From sequence record PP174317.1: a DNA stretch of 64,000 nt, one strand, 5' to 3'. Positions 56,548 through 64,000 of this stretch are shown one piece after another. The notes beneath the pieces are model-generated. The model did not search any database, was not told where the DNA came from, and worked only from the letters and a program-made list of their open reading frames with translations. This DNA is from Acinetobacter phage vB_AbaSt_W16. How positions within the stretch are numbered: position 1 is the first letter of the stretch; every line of letters begins with the position of its first letter. Both the position numbers and the translations under genes were made by a program.

Positions 56548-57173
56548 AGTTTTAAAATAGTACCATATAAACGACGAACATATGTACGATAATCAACAAG
56601 AGTCTCTTCATCGACATAATATTGCGGAACATTTAACCAGTGTTCAGCACCCATATTATCAACAATATAAGGCACATTGAGTTGGTAATCATATTTGATA
56701 TTATGAACATATCGACGACGTTGGCCGTCTGTATAGTCTACAAGGATTTCAGCGCCAAGTAAAAATTTACAATCTCTAAAATATGGTGTTAGTTCAGGTC
56801 GTTCATATCTTTCATGTAAAACTACTTTTGCATTTACACCTTTTAAAACTAACATTTGACGACCATCATGTGGGTGTTCATCTACATAATAAGATTCGAG
56901 CCAACGATGTTCATTTGTAAATTCATCACCAAAAATTAAATCCAACCAAGTTGTACCTGGGTTAAGTTTAACATTTGCACGAACGTTTACCGTAATAATA
57001 TCAGTAAGATTATATTTATAATCAAGTTCAAAAATTTGGCCGTCTTTATAATTATCTAAACGCATCCAACCCAAACCTACAATATTAAGTAGTGCAATAT
57101 GAGTAAACTTTTCTGGGTTATAAACACCTGCATCCAAAATCAATTCACGTAAAGTATTCATATTAATCCTCAT
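56544..57173 (-). CDS. Hypothetical protein, the last gene of the ATP-grasp operon.
   Basis: 209-aa ORF. Confidence 0.5.
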   Translation of the reverse strand: MRINMNTLRELILDAGVYNPEKFTHIALLNIVGLGWMRLDNYKDGQIFELDYKYNLTDIITVNVRANVKLNPGTTWLDLIFGDEFTNEHRWLESYYVDEHPHDGRQMLVLKGVNAKVVLHERYERPELTPYFRDCKFLLGAEILVDYTDGQRRRYVHNIKYDYQLNVPYIVDNMGAEHWLNVPQYYVDEETLVDYRTYVRRLYGTILKL

Positions 57174-57284
57174 TTAAATGCTTTTTAAACTTTTCTTTTC
57201 TGTCATATTTTGACTTGTCTTTTACAACCTGCATCTTAAATGCAGGTGTTCTAACAGCTTTTGCAACTGGATTACGTTTATTTC

Positions 57285-57524
57285 TCATTTCTTCTCCTTG
57301 TATGATTGATACAATCGATATGGCGTCATGAGACCAATAAGTAAATAAATTAGTAGATATACTAATGAAGAAAATAGCAATCCTATAACTGGCATTTGAC
57401 CAATAAAATCGGTTTTGTTTGGACCGAATTTATGATCATGATGACCTTCATTAACGTATCGATTCCAACTAAATGTACCTTTCAAATTTGTCTTAACAAT
57501 TTTAATTAACTTTTTCATTTCCAT
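57285..57524 (-). CDS. Small protein with a C-terminal transmembrane helix (tail-anchored-like). Its start overlaps the end of the ATP-grasp gene.
   Basis: 79 aa with a hydrophobic C-terminus (VIGLLFSSLVYLLIYLLIGLM). It overlaps the upstream gene by 10 nt. Confidence 0.45.
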   Translation of the reverse strand: MEMKKLIKIVKTNLKGTFSWNRYVNEGHHDHKFGPNKTDFIGQMPVIGLLFSSLVYLLIYLLIGLMTPYRLYQSYKEKK

Positions 57525-58783
57525 AACTCCAAATATTTGGTTTCTAAATCTTCTGGCACAAAGAAATGGCTTGCAAAAAATGCGTCCATACCTGTGACAA
57601 GATTTCGATCTTCACGAATAGACATACCACATGCTTTGTCACCAATAATCCATGAGCCAATGATCGGATAATATCCATCGTGCGGTTGAATTTCATGCCA
57701 TTGTTGGTACATATAGCCCCAATGATCATATTCAGGTACTTTGTGAGAACCCGGAGCCAAATGACTAAGCTCTTCGCCAGAACAAAAATGCGAACGATAG
57801 ATGTTTGAACCTTCGCGGCCATGAATTGCTTTCTTAGCATATTGACCCGATTTTGGATGATGATTCCCATCAAAACTCGCCAATAAATTAGGGTGATTAG
57901 GGAACATTTCCCATAACTTAATAAGCATTGCTTTGTTTGAAAGCAGCATTTTCCATGCGGGTTCCATCCAACGAGTGTTAGTACAGTCAAGAATGTCAGA
58001 ACCAAATTTCTCTTCAGTCATCCATTCCCAAGGATAAAGTTTAAAACAATTTTTGATCTCTTGGTCTTGAAGATCGATAAACGATTTAGTTTCAGGGCCT
58101 GTGCCAATACGTTCTTTCAAAAGACCAATATCTTGCATTTGCAATTCTTTAACAGATAAACCAGCACGAAGTGCAGAATCCATCAAATAAACTAAATTAC
58201 CAAAGTCTTCATGACGGAATCCACCGCTTGATGCAAAATGAACTAATTCGCCTGGTTTAAATCGTTCCTGCCAAACTTCTTGAAGAGTTTCATCAATAAG
58301 ATTATATTGAATACGCAGATCATCTGGATAATCACGACCGTCTGGTAATTTTTGCATACTTTCAATATAATTCCATTGTGCTACAGAACATTCAAGAATT
58401 GAAACTGGAGTGTCGCCATTATACTCAAACATTTTTAATGAGTCATCAGAGCCAAAAGCAAGATCGAAACGTCCATATAATGATTTATCACCACGATTCC
58501 AAGATTGTTCAATTAAAGGAATCGAATTTTCATCCAAATTGAAGTACTCAGGATAATCACCAGATTTGATCATTTGTTCTACCATTGCATAAGACATATC
58601 GTGTAAGTCTTGTGATGCAGCTTGAATACGGTCAATTTCACTTTCTGACATTCCATATACAACGCCTTCTTGCCAATATGGTGCAGCATCAGGTCCAGAA
58701 GGGGCATTCCAATAATTGAAGCCAATTCCCTCTAAAAGTTCAATGTGATTAGGACGGATTTCGAAATTGCTATGGCGTTTCAT
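57515..58783 (-). CDS. Glutathionylspermidine-synthetase-like ATP-grasp amidoligase. It is a standalone synthetase domain of the YgiC/YjfC family with no amidase domain.
   Basis: Collinear with the E. coli YgiC/Gsp synthetase domain. Matching segments include LQDQEIKNCFKLYPWEWM, EPAWKMLLSNKAMLIKLWEMFPNHPNLL, KKAIHGREGSN, IIGSWIIGDKACGMSIRED. Confidence 0.85.
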   Translation of the reverse strand: MKRHSNFEIRPNHIELLEGIGFNYWNAPSGPDAAPYWQEGVVYGMSESEIDRIQAASQDLHDMSYAMVEQMIKSGDYPEYFNLDENSIPLIEQSWNRGDKSLYGRFDLAFGSDDSLKMFEYNGDTPVSILECSVAQWNYIESMQKLPDGRDYPDDLRIQYNLIDETLQEVWQERFKPGELVHFASSGGFRHEDFGNLVYLMDSALRAGLSVKELQMQDIGLLKERIGTGPETKSFIDLQDQEIKNCFKLYPWEWMTEEKFGSDILDCTNTRWMEPAWKMLLSNKAMLIKLWEMFPNHPNLLASFDGNHHPKSGQYAKKAIHGREGSNIYRSHFCSGEELSHLAPGSHKVPEYDHWGYMYQQWHEIQPHDGYYPIIGSWIIGDKACGMSIREDRNLVTGMDAFFASHFFVPEDLETKYLELWK

Positions 58784-58845
58784 ACTTTACTCATTTTTTA
58801 AAGATTTCAGAAATTTTACACTAATAATAAAAACATGTAAACATT

Positions 58846-59130
58846 TTATCTAAATTTAGTGTATTCACATCGATGTTGTGGGATTTTCATATAACGATCG
58901 GCTAATGTTAAATTAACATATGTACCATCGGAATACCATGTAATAGAACTATCATTACCTGTATACGTGACAATCGAATCACCCGAAAGTGATAAACACT
59001 TAAGCGTAACTGTACCGGCAGGTGTATATTCTTGATTTGCTTTTGGGTGTTGCATTACAAAAATACTTAATGCAATAATAATTCCAATAATTAAACAGAA
59101 TATCATTTGACCATTATTTAATTTATTCAT
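58846..59130 (-). CDS. Small membrane-anchored or secreted protein with an N-terminal transmembrane segment and two Cys in the periplasmic part.
   Basis: 94 aa. A hydrophobic N-terminal segment (MIFCLIIGIIIALSIFVM) is followed by a soluble domain. Confidence 0.5.
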   Translation of the reverse strand: MNKLNNGQMIFCLIIGIIIALSIFVMQHPKANQEYTPAGTVTLKCLSLSGDSIVTYTGNDSSITWYSDGTYVNLTLADRYMKIPQHRCEYTKFR

Positions 59131-59135
59131 AAAAA

Positions 59136-59157
59136 CTCCAAAGGGCCGAAGCCCTTA
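59136..59157. terminator. Hairpin aaagggccgaagccctt between the lipoprotein gene and the 94-aa gene. It may be an attenuator.
   Basis: Inverted repeat, seen directly. Confidence 0.45.
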
Positions 59158-59161
59158 ATTA

Positions 59162-59683
59162 TTAACCACCTGAAGATACTGCACCACCGAAACCACCACG
59201 AGAAGTTGACGTACTACGAGACACTGCAGCGGCTTTAGTTGAAACCGCACGTGATTCGGTTGCTCGATATGAATTTAACGTGTTTCGAGCCGGCGGAACA
59301 TATGCACTTGATCCCATTGCTTGTTGACGAGATTTAAATGAATTATATGACCCATTAGACATCATATTGCCGAGCATCATGCCCATTGCGCCAGCCATCA
59401 TCATATCCATGCCACTAAATCCTGAATTTGATGCAGCTTGTGTTGCGGCGGCAGGATCAGTTTTATGCAATTCAAGTAATTTTACCCAATCTTCGTATGT
59501 GCCGGTATAACCTTTAGCTTTGGCCTCTTCATATGATTTGCTTAAAGTATCAGCGACTTGAACAAATGCACCTTCAGGAGTTTGCGCTACATTTGATGCA
59601 ACAGCAACAGAATCATCTTTGGCACAGCCTGCTAATACAAAGGCAGGTACCATCAACATTACAATAGATTTTTTCAGTTTCAT
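59162..59683 (-). CDS. Lipoprotein with a Met/Gly-rich hydrophobic segment and a Ser/Gly-rich C-terminus ending in GG. Its architecture resembles DUF1190 (YgiB/YjfM).
   Basis: Signal peptide plus lipobox (VLAGC), then MDMMMAGAMGMMLGNMM, then the C-terminus TSRGGFGGAVSSGG. From memory, E. coli YgiB has a similar arrangement (LAGC, FWMPLMAGYMMGRLMGGG, C-terminal TRGGFGE...SMGG). Confidence 0.7.
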   Translation of the reverse strand: MKLKKSIVMLMVPAFVLAGCAKDDSVAVASNVAQTPEGAFVQVADTLSKSYEEAKAKGYTGTYEDWVKLLELHKTDPAAATQAASNSGFSGMDMMMAGAMGMMLGNMMSNGSYNSFKSRQQAMGSSAYVPPARNTLNSYRATESRAVSTKAAAVSRSTSTSRGGFGGAVSSGG

Positions 59684-59690
59684 TTTTCAC

Positions 59691-60032
59691 CTAGATATCA
59701 ATAGAAGAGAATTGTGCAATAATAGTCAAACCTACTGAAATGAAGATAAGACCGACCCATGCACCAAGGTCTAAATTTTGATTAAGCATTATTTTTGCAA
59801 GAAATGCAGTAGCAACGGCACCAAGGCCTGACCACATAACATACAATATACCAGCTTGCATATATTTTAATGCGATAACACAAGCAATAAATGATCCAGT
59901 GTATAATATTGCACCAATTATAAGAGGTCCAATATTATTAAAACCGTCTGCCTTTGCCATATAAATGGTTGATATTACATCAGTGGCTATTGCTACCAAT
60001 AGCCACATTACACCTATTTGACTAGATGTCAT
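59691..60032 (-). CDS. Small multidrug resistance (SMR/EmrE-like) four-helix membrane transporter homologue.
   Basis: 113 aa aligning along its full length with EmrE: AxDVISTIYMAKADGF against AEVIGTTLMKFSEGF, YVMWSGLGAV against YAIWSGVGIV, and NQNLDLGAWVGLIFISVGLTII against GQRLDLPAIIGMMLICAGVLII. The conserved TM1 Glu is replaced by Asp. Confidence 0.8.
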   Translation of the reverse strand: MTSSQIGVMWLLVAIATDVISTIYMAKADGFNNIGPLIIGAILYTGSFIACVIALKYMQAGILYVMWSGLGAVATAFLAKIMLNQNLDLGAWVGLIFISVGLTIIAQFSSIDI

Positions 60033-60385
60033 TTGAATTCACCCAAAACATTATATGCCTTTTTAAGCCATTCATCACGAGTCAAATAAGGGCCAATATC
60101 CGATGTAAATAACTTGATGACTTTCCATGTACGTTCAGTATAACGAGAGTATGACCAATCAGCAAATAATCCAATCCCTGATTCATCCATATCTGGTTTT
60201 TTAATACCAAAAATACGACGAATAGTTCGGGATTCAGATACATCACCCCACTCGTCAGTAGACCATCCAAATGTTTTGCCGATAACACATGTTTTATATT
60301 CACCCATACTAAATTCAGTATCTTGAGGTAATTGTTCAACAGCTTCAATAGCACGGATAAGGCCGTTAATTAAATTAACTTTCAT
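60029..60385 (-). CDS. Hypothetical cytoplasmic protein, the first gene of the SMR/lipoprotein operon.
   Basis: 118-aa ORF whose stop overlaps the SMR start (ATGA). Confidence 0.5.
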   Translation of the reverse strand: MKVNLINGLIRAIEAVEQLPQDTEFSMGEYKTCVIGKTFGWSTDEWGDVSESRTIRRIFGIKKPDMDESGIGLFADWSYSRYTERTWKVIKLFTSDIGPYLTRDEWLKKAYNVLGEFK

Positions 60386-60427
60386 TTTGATTTGCTCATG
60401 TTATTTGGTATGTTCATATAATAATAA

Positions 60428-60456
60428 AAAATCCAGGCTATGTACATAGCCTGGAC
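60428..60456. terminator. Strong rho-independent terminator downstream of rnlB (tccaggctatgtacatagcctgga with T-run on the minus strand).
   Basis: 10-bp perfect stem plus T6. Confidence 0.7.
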
Positions 60457-60469
60457 AAAAATATTTTAA

Positions 60470-61489
60470 TTATTCTACTTTATGCACAGCAAAATCTTGT
60501 TCAGTCCAATATTCACGCACATCAACTTGAACAATTTTCTGCAATTCGCCCTTAAGTTTAGATGGAGCTTCTGCTTGATTAATACTAATACCTTCACGTT
60601 CAGCTTCAGTAAGTAGATCGTGCATTGTCATACCTAAAAGTTTACCAAACATTTTTGGATTTAATTCACCAATATGTGAGGCGACATTTGAAATACGAGC
60701 TTTTGTTGAAAACTCTGATAACTTATTCAAAAGGTCTTTATCTGCTTCCGATAAAGGTACCGGAATTTTAGGTAATTTACCTTTACCCTTTTCTTTAAAT
60801 TTATCAGTTTTGTATTTGATGGCAACACGTGAACCGTTATTTAAAAACAATGGGTATACAGGTTTAATAACAAGACCTTCACCTACATTATCAGTTGGAG
60901 CTGGTTGTGCATGATAACCATACATATTGTCCCAAGTTAATGATGGTACAATTGTATTAAATTCAACAGGCAATTTAAGAAGTTGTTCCAAACTACCATG
61001 GGCAATTAAAGGCGCAATTTTTAAACCATGATGTTCACAAAATGCTTGCACACTACGGTCATCCCACCAACCATTTGAAATTCCTGCCGCCGGCGCATCT
61101 AAAAAGATATCGAAAACATAAAATGATTTTGGACCATAATCAACTTCTTTTTGAATATTACCACCAGCATATTCACCAAAGATTTGCATTGAATTCCAAC
61201 CGTCGCCATTATCAATAAGTAATTTTTGAACAGCTTTAAATACATCATCCAAATCTTTCATTACATCTTCATAACCAAAGAATTTTTCAGTTGGGCCGAT
61301 TGGCCCTGAACGTTTACAAGCTTGAATGTTGTCTTTAGTAATGATAATTGAGAAGTTTGTACCATGGATTTTTTCACGGGCCACAAATTCACATGCATTG
61401 CCACCATTTTGAGCAGCAACATCAAAACAGGCCTGGATGAATTTACCATTAGTATGATTTTCAAGGCTTGAATATTTTTTAAAAGTCAT
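60470..61489 (-). CDS. rnlB: RNA ligase 2.
   Basis: Collinear with T4 Rnl2 (334 aa). Matching segments include FKKYSSLENH, the active-site lysine motif VAREKIHGTNFS, VDYGPKSFYVFDI, NGSRVAIKYK and LSEADKDLL. Confidence 0.93.
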   Translation of the reverse strand: MTFKKYSSLENHTNGKFIQACFDVAAQNGGNACEFVAREKIHGTNFSIIITKDNIQACKRSGPIGPTEKFFGYEDVMKDLDDVFKAVQKLLIDNGDGWNSMQIFGEYAGGNIQKEVDYGPKSFYVFDIFLDAPAAGISNGWWDDRSVQAFCEHHGLKIAPLIAHGSLEQLLKLPVEFNTIVPSLTWDNMYGYHAQPAPTDNVGEGLVIKPVYPLFLNNGSRVAIKYKTDKFKEKGKGKLPKIPVPLSEADKDLLNKLSEFSTKARISNVASHIGELNPKMFGKLLGMTMHDLLTEAEREGISINQAEAPSKLKGELQKIVQVDVREYWTEQDFAVHKVE

Positions 61490-61525
61490 TTTATGTCTCC
61501 AAAATAATTTAGGGATAAGATTAAT

Positions 61526-61903
61526 TTAAATGTCGCTTTCTACAATACCAAAAATTACACTGGTATCCACATCTTCAAGTTTATGGATGATAATTCTAAG
61601 GCCTTTAACAATTCCGGTAATTTGGTTAAAATCACCATCTGATAAGGTTTTAAAGGCATCTTGACCACCATAATGTACAATGAAAGGGTCGTCTAATTGA
61701 ATATAATGAGTTTTTAATGGATTTTTTGCGTATCGTTTAATACTTTCCAAATCGTATGATAGATTCAGTTTTAATAAATCGTTATATTTTGGAAAGCGTT
61801 TAAGAGCTTTAATAATTAATGATCGATCTTTAGGGTCCGCCAGTTTAATGGCATCATTAAAAGACTTAATGAATGTATTATAAACATCTGGAGTGAGAAG
61901 CAT
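61526..61903 (-). CDS. Hypothetical protein, paralogue A of a duplicated small gene.
   Basis: Its N-terminus shares YNxxIKxFNDAI...FPKYxxLK with the ORF at 62114..62578. Confidence 0.5.
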   Translation of the reverse strand: MLLTPDVYNTFIKSFNDAIKLADPKDRSLIIKALKRFPKYNDLLKLNLSYDLESIKRYAKNPLKTHYIQLDDPFIVHYGGQDAFKTLSDGDFNQITGIVKGLRIIIHKLEDVDTSVIFGIVESDI

Positions 61904-61904
61904 T

Positions 61905-62138
61905 TTATTTTCCTTTACTTAAATTTGCCCGAACAAAACAGTCTTTTGCTTCTAATAACTTACGCAACCCCGTCTGTGTTTCTTCACATGCGGGCAAAGA
62001 TAAAACCATTTTCGCCGCAAGATCGCCTATACCTTTAGATACTTCTTGTAAGTGCGGTGGCAAATGGTCATATGCAAAATACTGTAAAATTGGATAAGAA
62101 TTTGCATAGAGTGTTAATTTCTCATTAGATTCAGACAT
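61905..62138 (-). CDS. Hypothetical small protein lying between the two paralogues.
   Basis: 77-aa ORF. Confidence 0.4.
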   Translation of the reverse strand: MSESNEKLTLYANSYPILQYFAYDHLPPHLQEVSKGIGDLAAKMVLSLPACEETQTGLRKLLEAKDCFVRANLSKGK

Positions 62139-62578
62139 TTTTCGCCTCCAGGTTTTTGTGGTTTTGGCGTACCGCGCACAACTAATCCAATTACTGGTGT
62201 ATTAGCATTAGTTGTTACATTGATACCTCGGGTAAAACGAATACAATAAACAACTTCAGCATCTAATATATTTGCAACACTATCACTACCTGTCGTTAAA
62301 CTACCCATCCAGCTTTTAACCGAAACAAATTCGCCCATGTCATTTACATATGTTGGGTCATCAACAAATTTAATGCCTGACGCTTTTAATTCAGCATATT
62401 TTGGAAATTCATTACGCATCTTAATAATCTGGTCTTTAAATTGACCCAAGTATTGATCATAGACTTTTTTACCGTCTCCAAACGTAATATAGCCGTTAAT
62501 AGCATCATTAAATGTTTTAATGAGATTATTGTAAATTTCGGCATTTAAAGGTACTGCACGTTTTACTACTTTAACCAT
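62114..62578 (-). CDS. Hypothetical protein, paralogue B of the duplicated small gene.
   Basis: Its N-terminus (AEIYNNLIKTFNDAI...EFPKYAELK) is paralogous to 61526..61903. Confidence 0.5.
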   Translation of the reverse strand: MVKVVKRAVPLNAEIYNNLIKTFNDAINGYITFGDGKKVYDQYLGQFKDQIIKMRNEFPKYAELKASGIKFVDDPTYVNDMGEFVSVKSWMGSLTTGSDSVANILDAEVVYCIRFTRGINVTTNANTPVIGLVVRGTPKPQKPGGEKCLNLMRN

Positions 62579-62599
62579 TTTAAATCTCCATAGTGGATG

Positions 62600-64000
62600 T
62601 CAAGAAGACATCCACTCTTTACGAAGTTCTGCATTTTTACCTAACAACATTTCAAATTGTGTTTCCCATGATTCTGGTAATTTAACAACTTCGAAATATG
62701 GTTCGTTAATAACGCGTTCATATTCACTTTCTTCAAGTGAACCAAGTCCTTTGATATATCGACAAGTATAACCTTTAAGACTATCTTTATCGGCATCATA
62801 TTCTTCTGATGTGTAATACCATTTTTGGTCTTTACCCTTTTGACAAATCCAAACAGGTGTTTTTACAAATTTAATTCGGCCTTGTTCAAATAATTCAGGC
62901 CAATTACTGAAGAATGCAAGCAACGACGGGTAAATTGAACCGGTACCATCAACATCGGCATCTGTCATAATCGCAACATTGCGATAATTAAGGCTATCAG
63001 CTTTTTCGCCAATAGTTAACCCCATAATCGCACAAATATCAAAGATTTCTTTATTCTTTAACATATCTGTTGCGGATAAGCCCCAGGTATTAAGAACTTT
63101 ACCGCGTAACGGATATCCGCCATGTAATTCACGATTACGTGTTGAAATTAAATAACCAATTGCAGAATCACCTTCTGTTAAAAACAGAGTTGTTTCTTTT
63201 TGATCATTACCATAACCATTTGCTTTAATATGCTTAGATACTTTGGCTTTAGCAGCAGCTTTATTTGCTTTGGTTTCTGCAGCCTTTTCTGCGGCAAGCT
63301 TACGTGCAAGAACAGCTTCAATAATTGGCATTAAAATATCTTCATTTGCCATAAACTGCTTAGCAATTTTCTTGATATCAATATCAATATGAGATTTAAC
63401 TTCACCCGCCGGAGATGTTAAACGTTCTTTAGTTTGTGAATCAAACCGTAAATTCTTCATATCTTTTAAGAATAATAATACGGTTACACATTCTTTAATT
63501 CTAGCCTTATTAACATCAATTTTATATTTGCGTTTAATTGACGGGATAAGTTCATTTGCCAATTCATCCATTACATAATCAAGATGTGAACCACCTACTT
63601 TTGTATGAATAGCATTTACATATGATAAGTGACGGAATCCATCTTCCGAACGACCAATTGCAAATTGCACATTATCAGTTTCTGCTGTAATCGCAGATTC
63701 ATCATATTGTTTTGCATATTTTTTAAAATTACCTTGAACTTTTTTACCATTAAATTTAAATTCAATTTCAGGGTAAACAACAGCCAATGTTTGCATTTGA
63801 TCTTCAATAATTTGAACAATTACATCATCGATCGCATCGCATTCAAAATGACTAAAGTCTGGAGTAAATTTAACTTCAGTACCCTGCGTTTGTTTTGCAT
63901 ATACTTTTTGTGTCCAATCAATATTGTCCATATTATTGACACAATGAACAATTAATGTTTGTTCCCCATCACATGTTGTACCAATAAATTCTTTTGAAAA
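62600..64000 (-). CDS. 39: Topoisomerase II large subunit gp39 (GyrB-like). This is the C-terminal TOPRIM/transducer part; the ORF runs off the window edge, so the N-terminus lies outside.
   Basis: TOPRIM motif LFLTEGDSAIGYL, followed by the C-terminal region that T4 gene 60 encodes. There is no stop codon upstream of the annotated Met at 63931 through to position 64000. Confidence 0.85.
   Translation of the reverse strand, partial: FSKEFIGTTCDGEQTLIVHCVNNMDNIDWTQKVYAKQTQGTEVKFTPDFSHFECDAIDDVIVQIIEDQMQTLAVVYPEIEFKFNGKKVQGNFKKYAKQYDESAITAETDNVQFAIGRSEDGFRHLSYVNAIHTKVGGSHLDYVMDELANELIPSIKRKYKIDVNKARIKECVTVLLFLKDMKNLRFDSQTKERLTSPAGEVKSHIDIDIKKIAKQFMANEDILMPIIEAVLARKLAAEKAAETKANKAAAKAKVSKHIKANGYGNDQKETTLFLTEGDSAIGYLISTRNRELHGGYPLRGKVLNTWGLSATDMLKNKEIFDICAIMGLTIGEKADSLNYRNVAIMTDADVDGTGSIYPSLLAFFSNWPELFEQGRIKFVKTPVWICQKGKDQKWYYTSEEYDADKDSLKGYTCRYIKGLGSLEESEYERVINEPYFEVVKLPESWETQFEMLLGKNAELRKEWMSS

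Noticed and set aside
57544-58005. 153-aa minus-strand alternative-frame ORF inside the Gsp-synthetase-like gene.
   Set aside because: It shares the strand but uses a different frame from a gene with clear family motifs. It has no ribosome-binding site.
59691-60032. Alternative reading of the four-helix protein as DUF350 (YjfL-like) instead of SMR, given its neighbourhood with a YgiB/YjfM-like lipoprotein.
   Set aside because: The residue-by-residue alignment to EmrE across TM1-TM4 (WSG, LDL, GxxII motifs) is much stronger than any resemblance to what I recall of YjfL. I kept the SMR call but flagged it for HMM confirmation.
63616-63955. ORFs on both strands overlapping gene 39.
   Set aside because: They are embedded in or antisense to the topoisomerase gene.
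1-64000. Searched for CRISPR arrays, tRNA genes, group I introns in td/nrdB, and integrase or prophage boundaries.
   Set aside because: No spaced direct repeats, no cloverleaf-compatible GTTC-containing segments in the intergenic regions, td and nrdB are uninterrupted, and the gene content is that of a lytic T4-like phage.

Overview
This window is a contiguous segment of a T4-like (T-even type) myovirus genome. It is AT-rich, densely coded, and many genes overlap by ATGA/TAATG, which suggests translational coupling. Gene order matches phage T4 almost exactly: hoc, uvsW, the baseplate hub cluster (25, 26, 51, 27, 28, 29, 48, 54), alt, 30 (DNA ligase), 31, cd, pseT, rnlA, nrdB, nrdA, td, frd, 32, 59, 33, dsbA, rnh, long tail fibre genes 34-37, holin t, asiA, motA, 52, rIIB, rIIA, rnlB, and 39 (truncated at the window edge). 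Late genes carry TATAAATA late promoters, and rho-independent hairpin terminators punctuate the operons. The most interesting departure from T4 is a block between rIIA and rnlB with no T4 counterpart. It encodes a small multidrug resistance (SMR, EmrE-like) membrane transporter, a Met/Gly-rich lipoprotein that resembles YgiB/YjfM (DUF1190), a standalone glutathionylspermidine-synthetase-like ATP-grasp amidoligase (YgiC/YjfC-like), and several small membrane proteins. Together these look like a phage-borne copy of a bacterial envelope amidoligase module. Other notable features are a gp27 baseplate hub protein fused to a C-terminal CHAP peptidase domain, two tandem diverged Alt ADP-ribosyltransferase paralogues, no gp38 between gp37 and the holin, a cluster of Cys-rich mini-ORFs where T4 has uvsY, a duplicated small gene flanking an unrelated one near gene 39, and micro-ORFs coupled to rIIA and rIIB. 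Coordinates taken from the ORF track are exact. Coordinates of elements I located by reading the sequence (promoters, terminators, micro-ORFs) are approximate, within about 2 nt.
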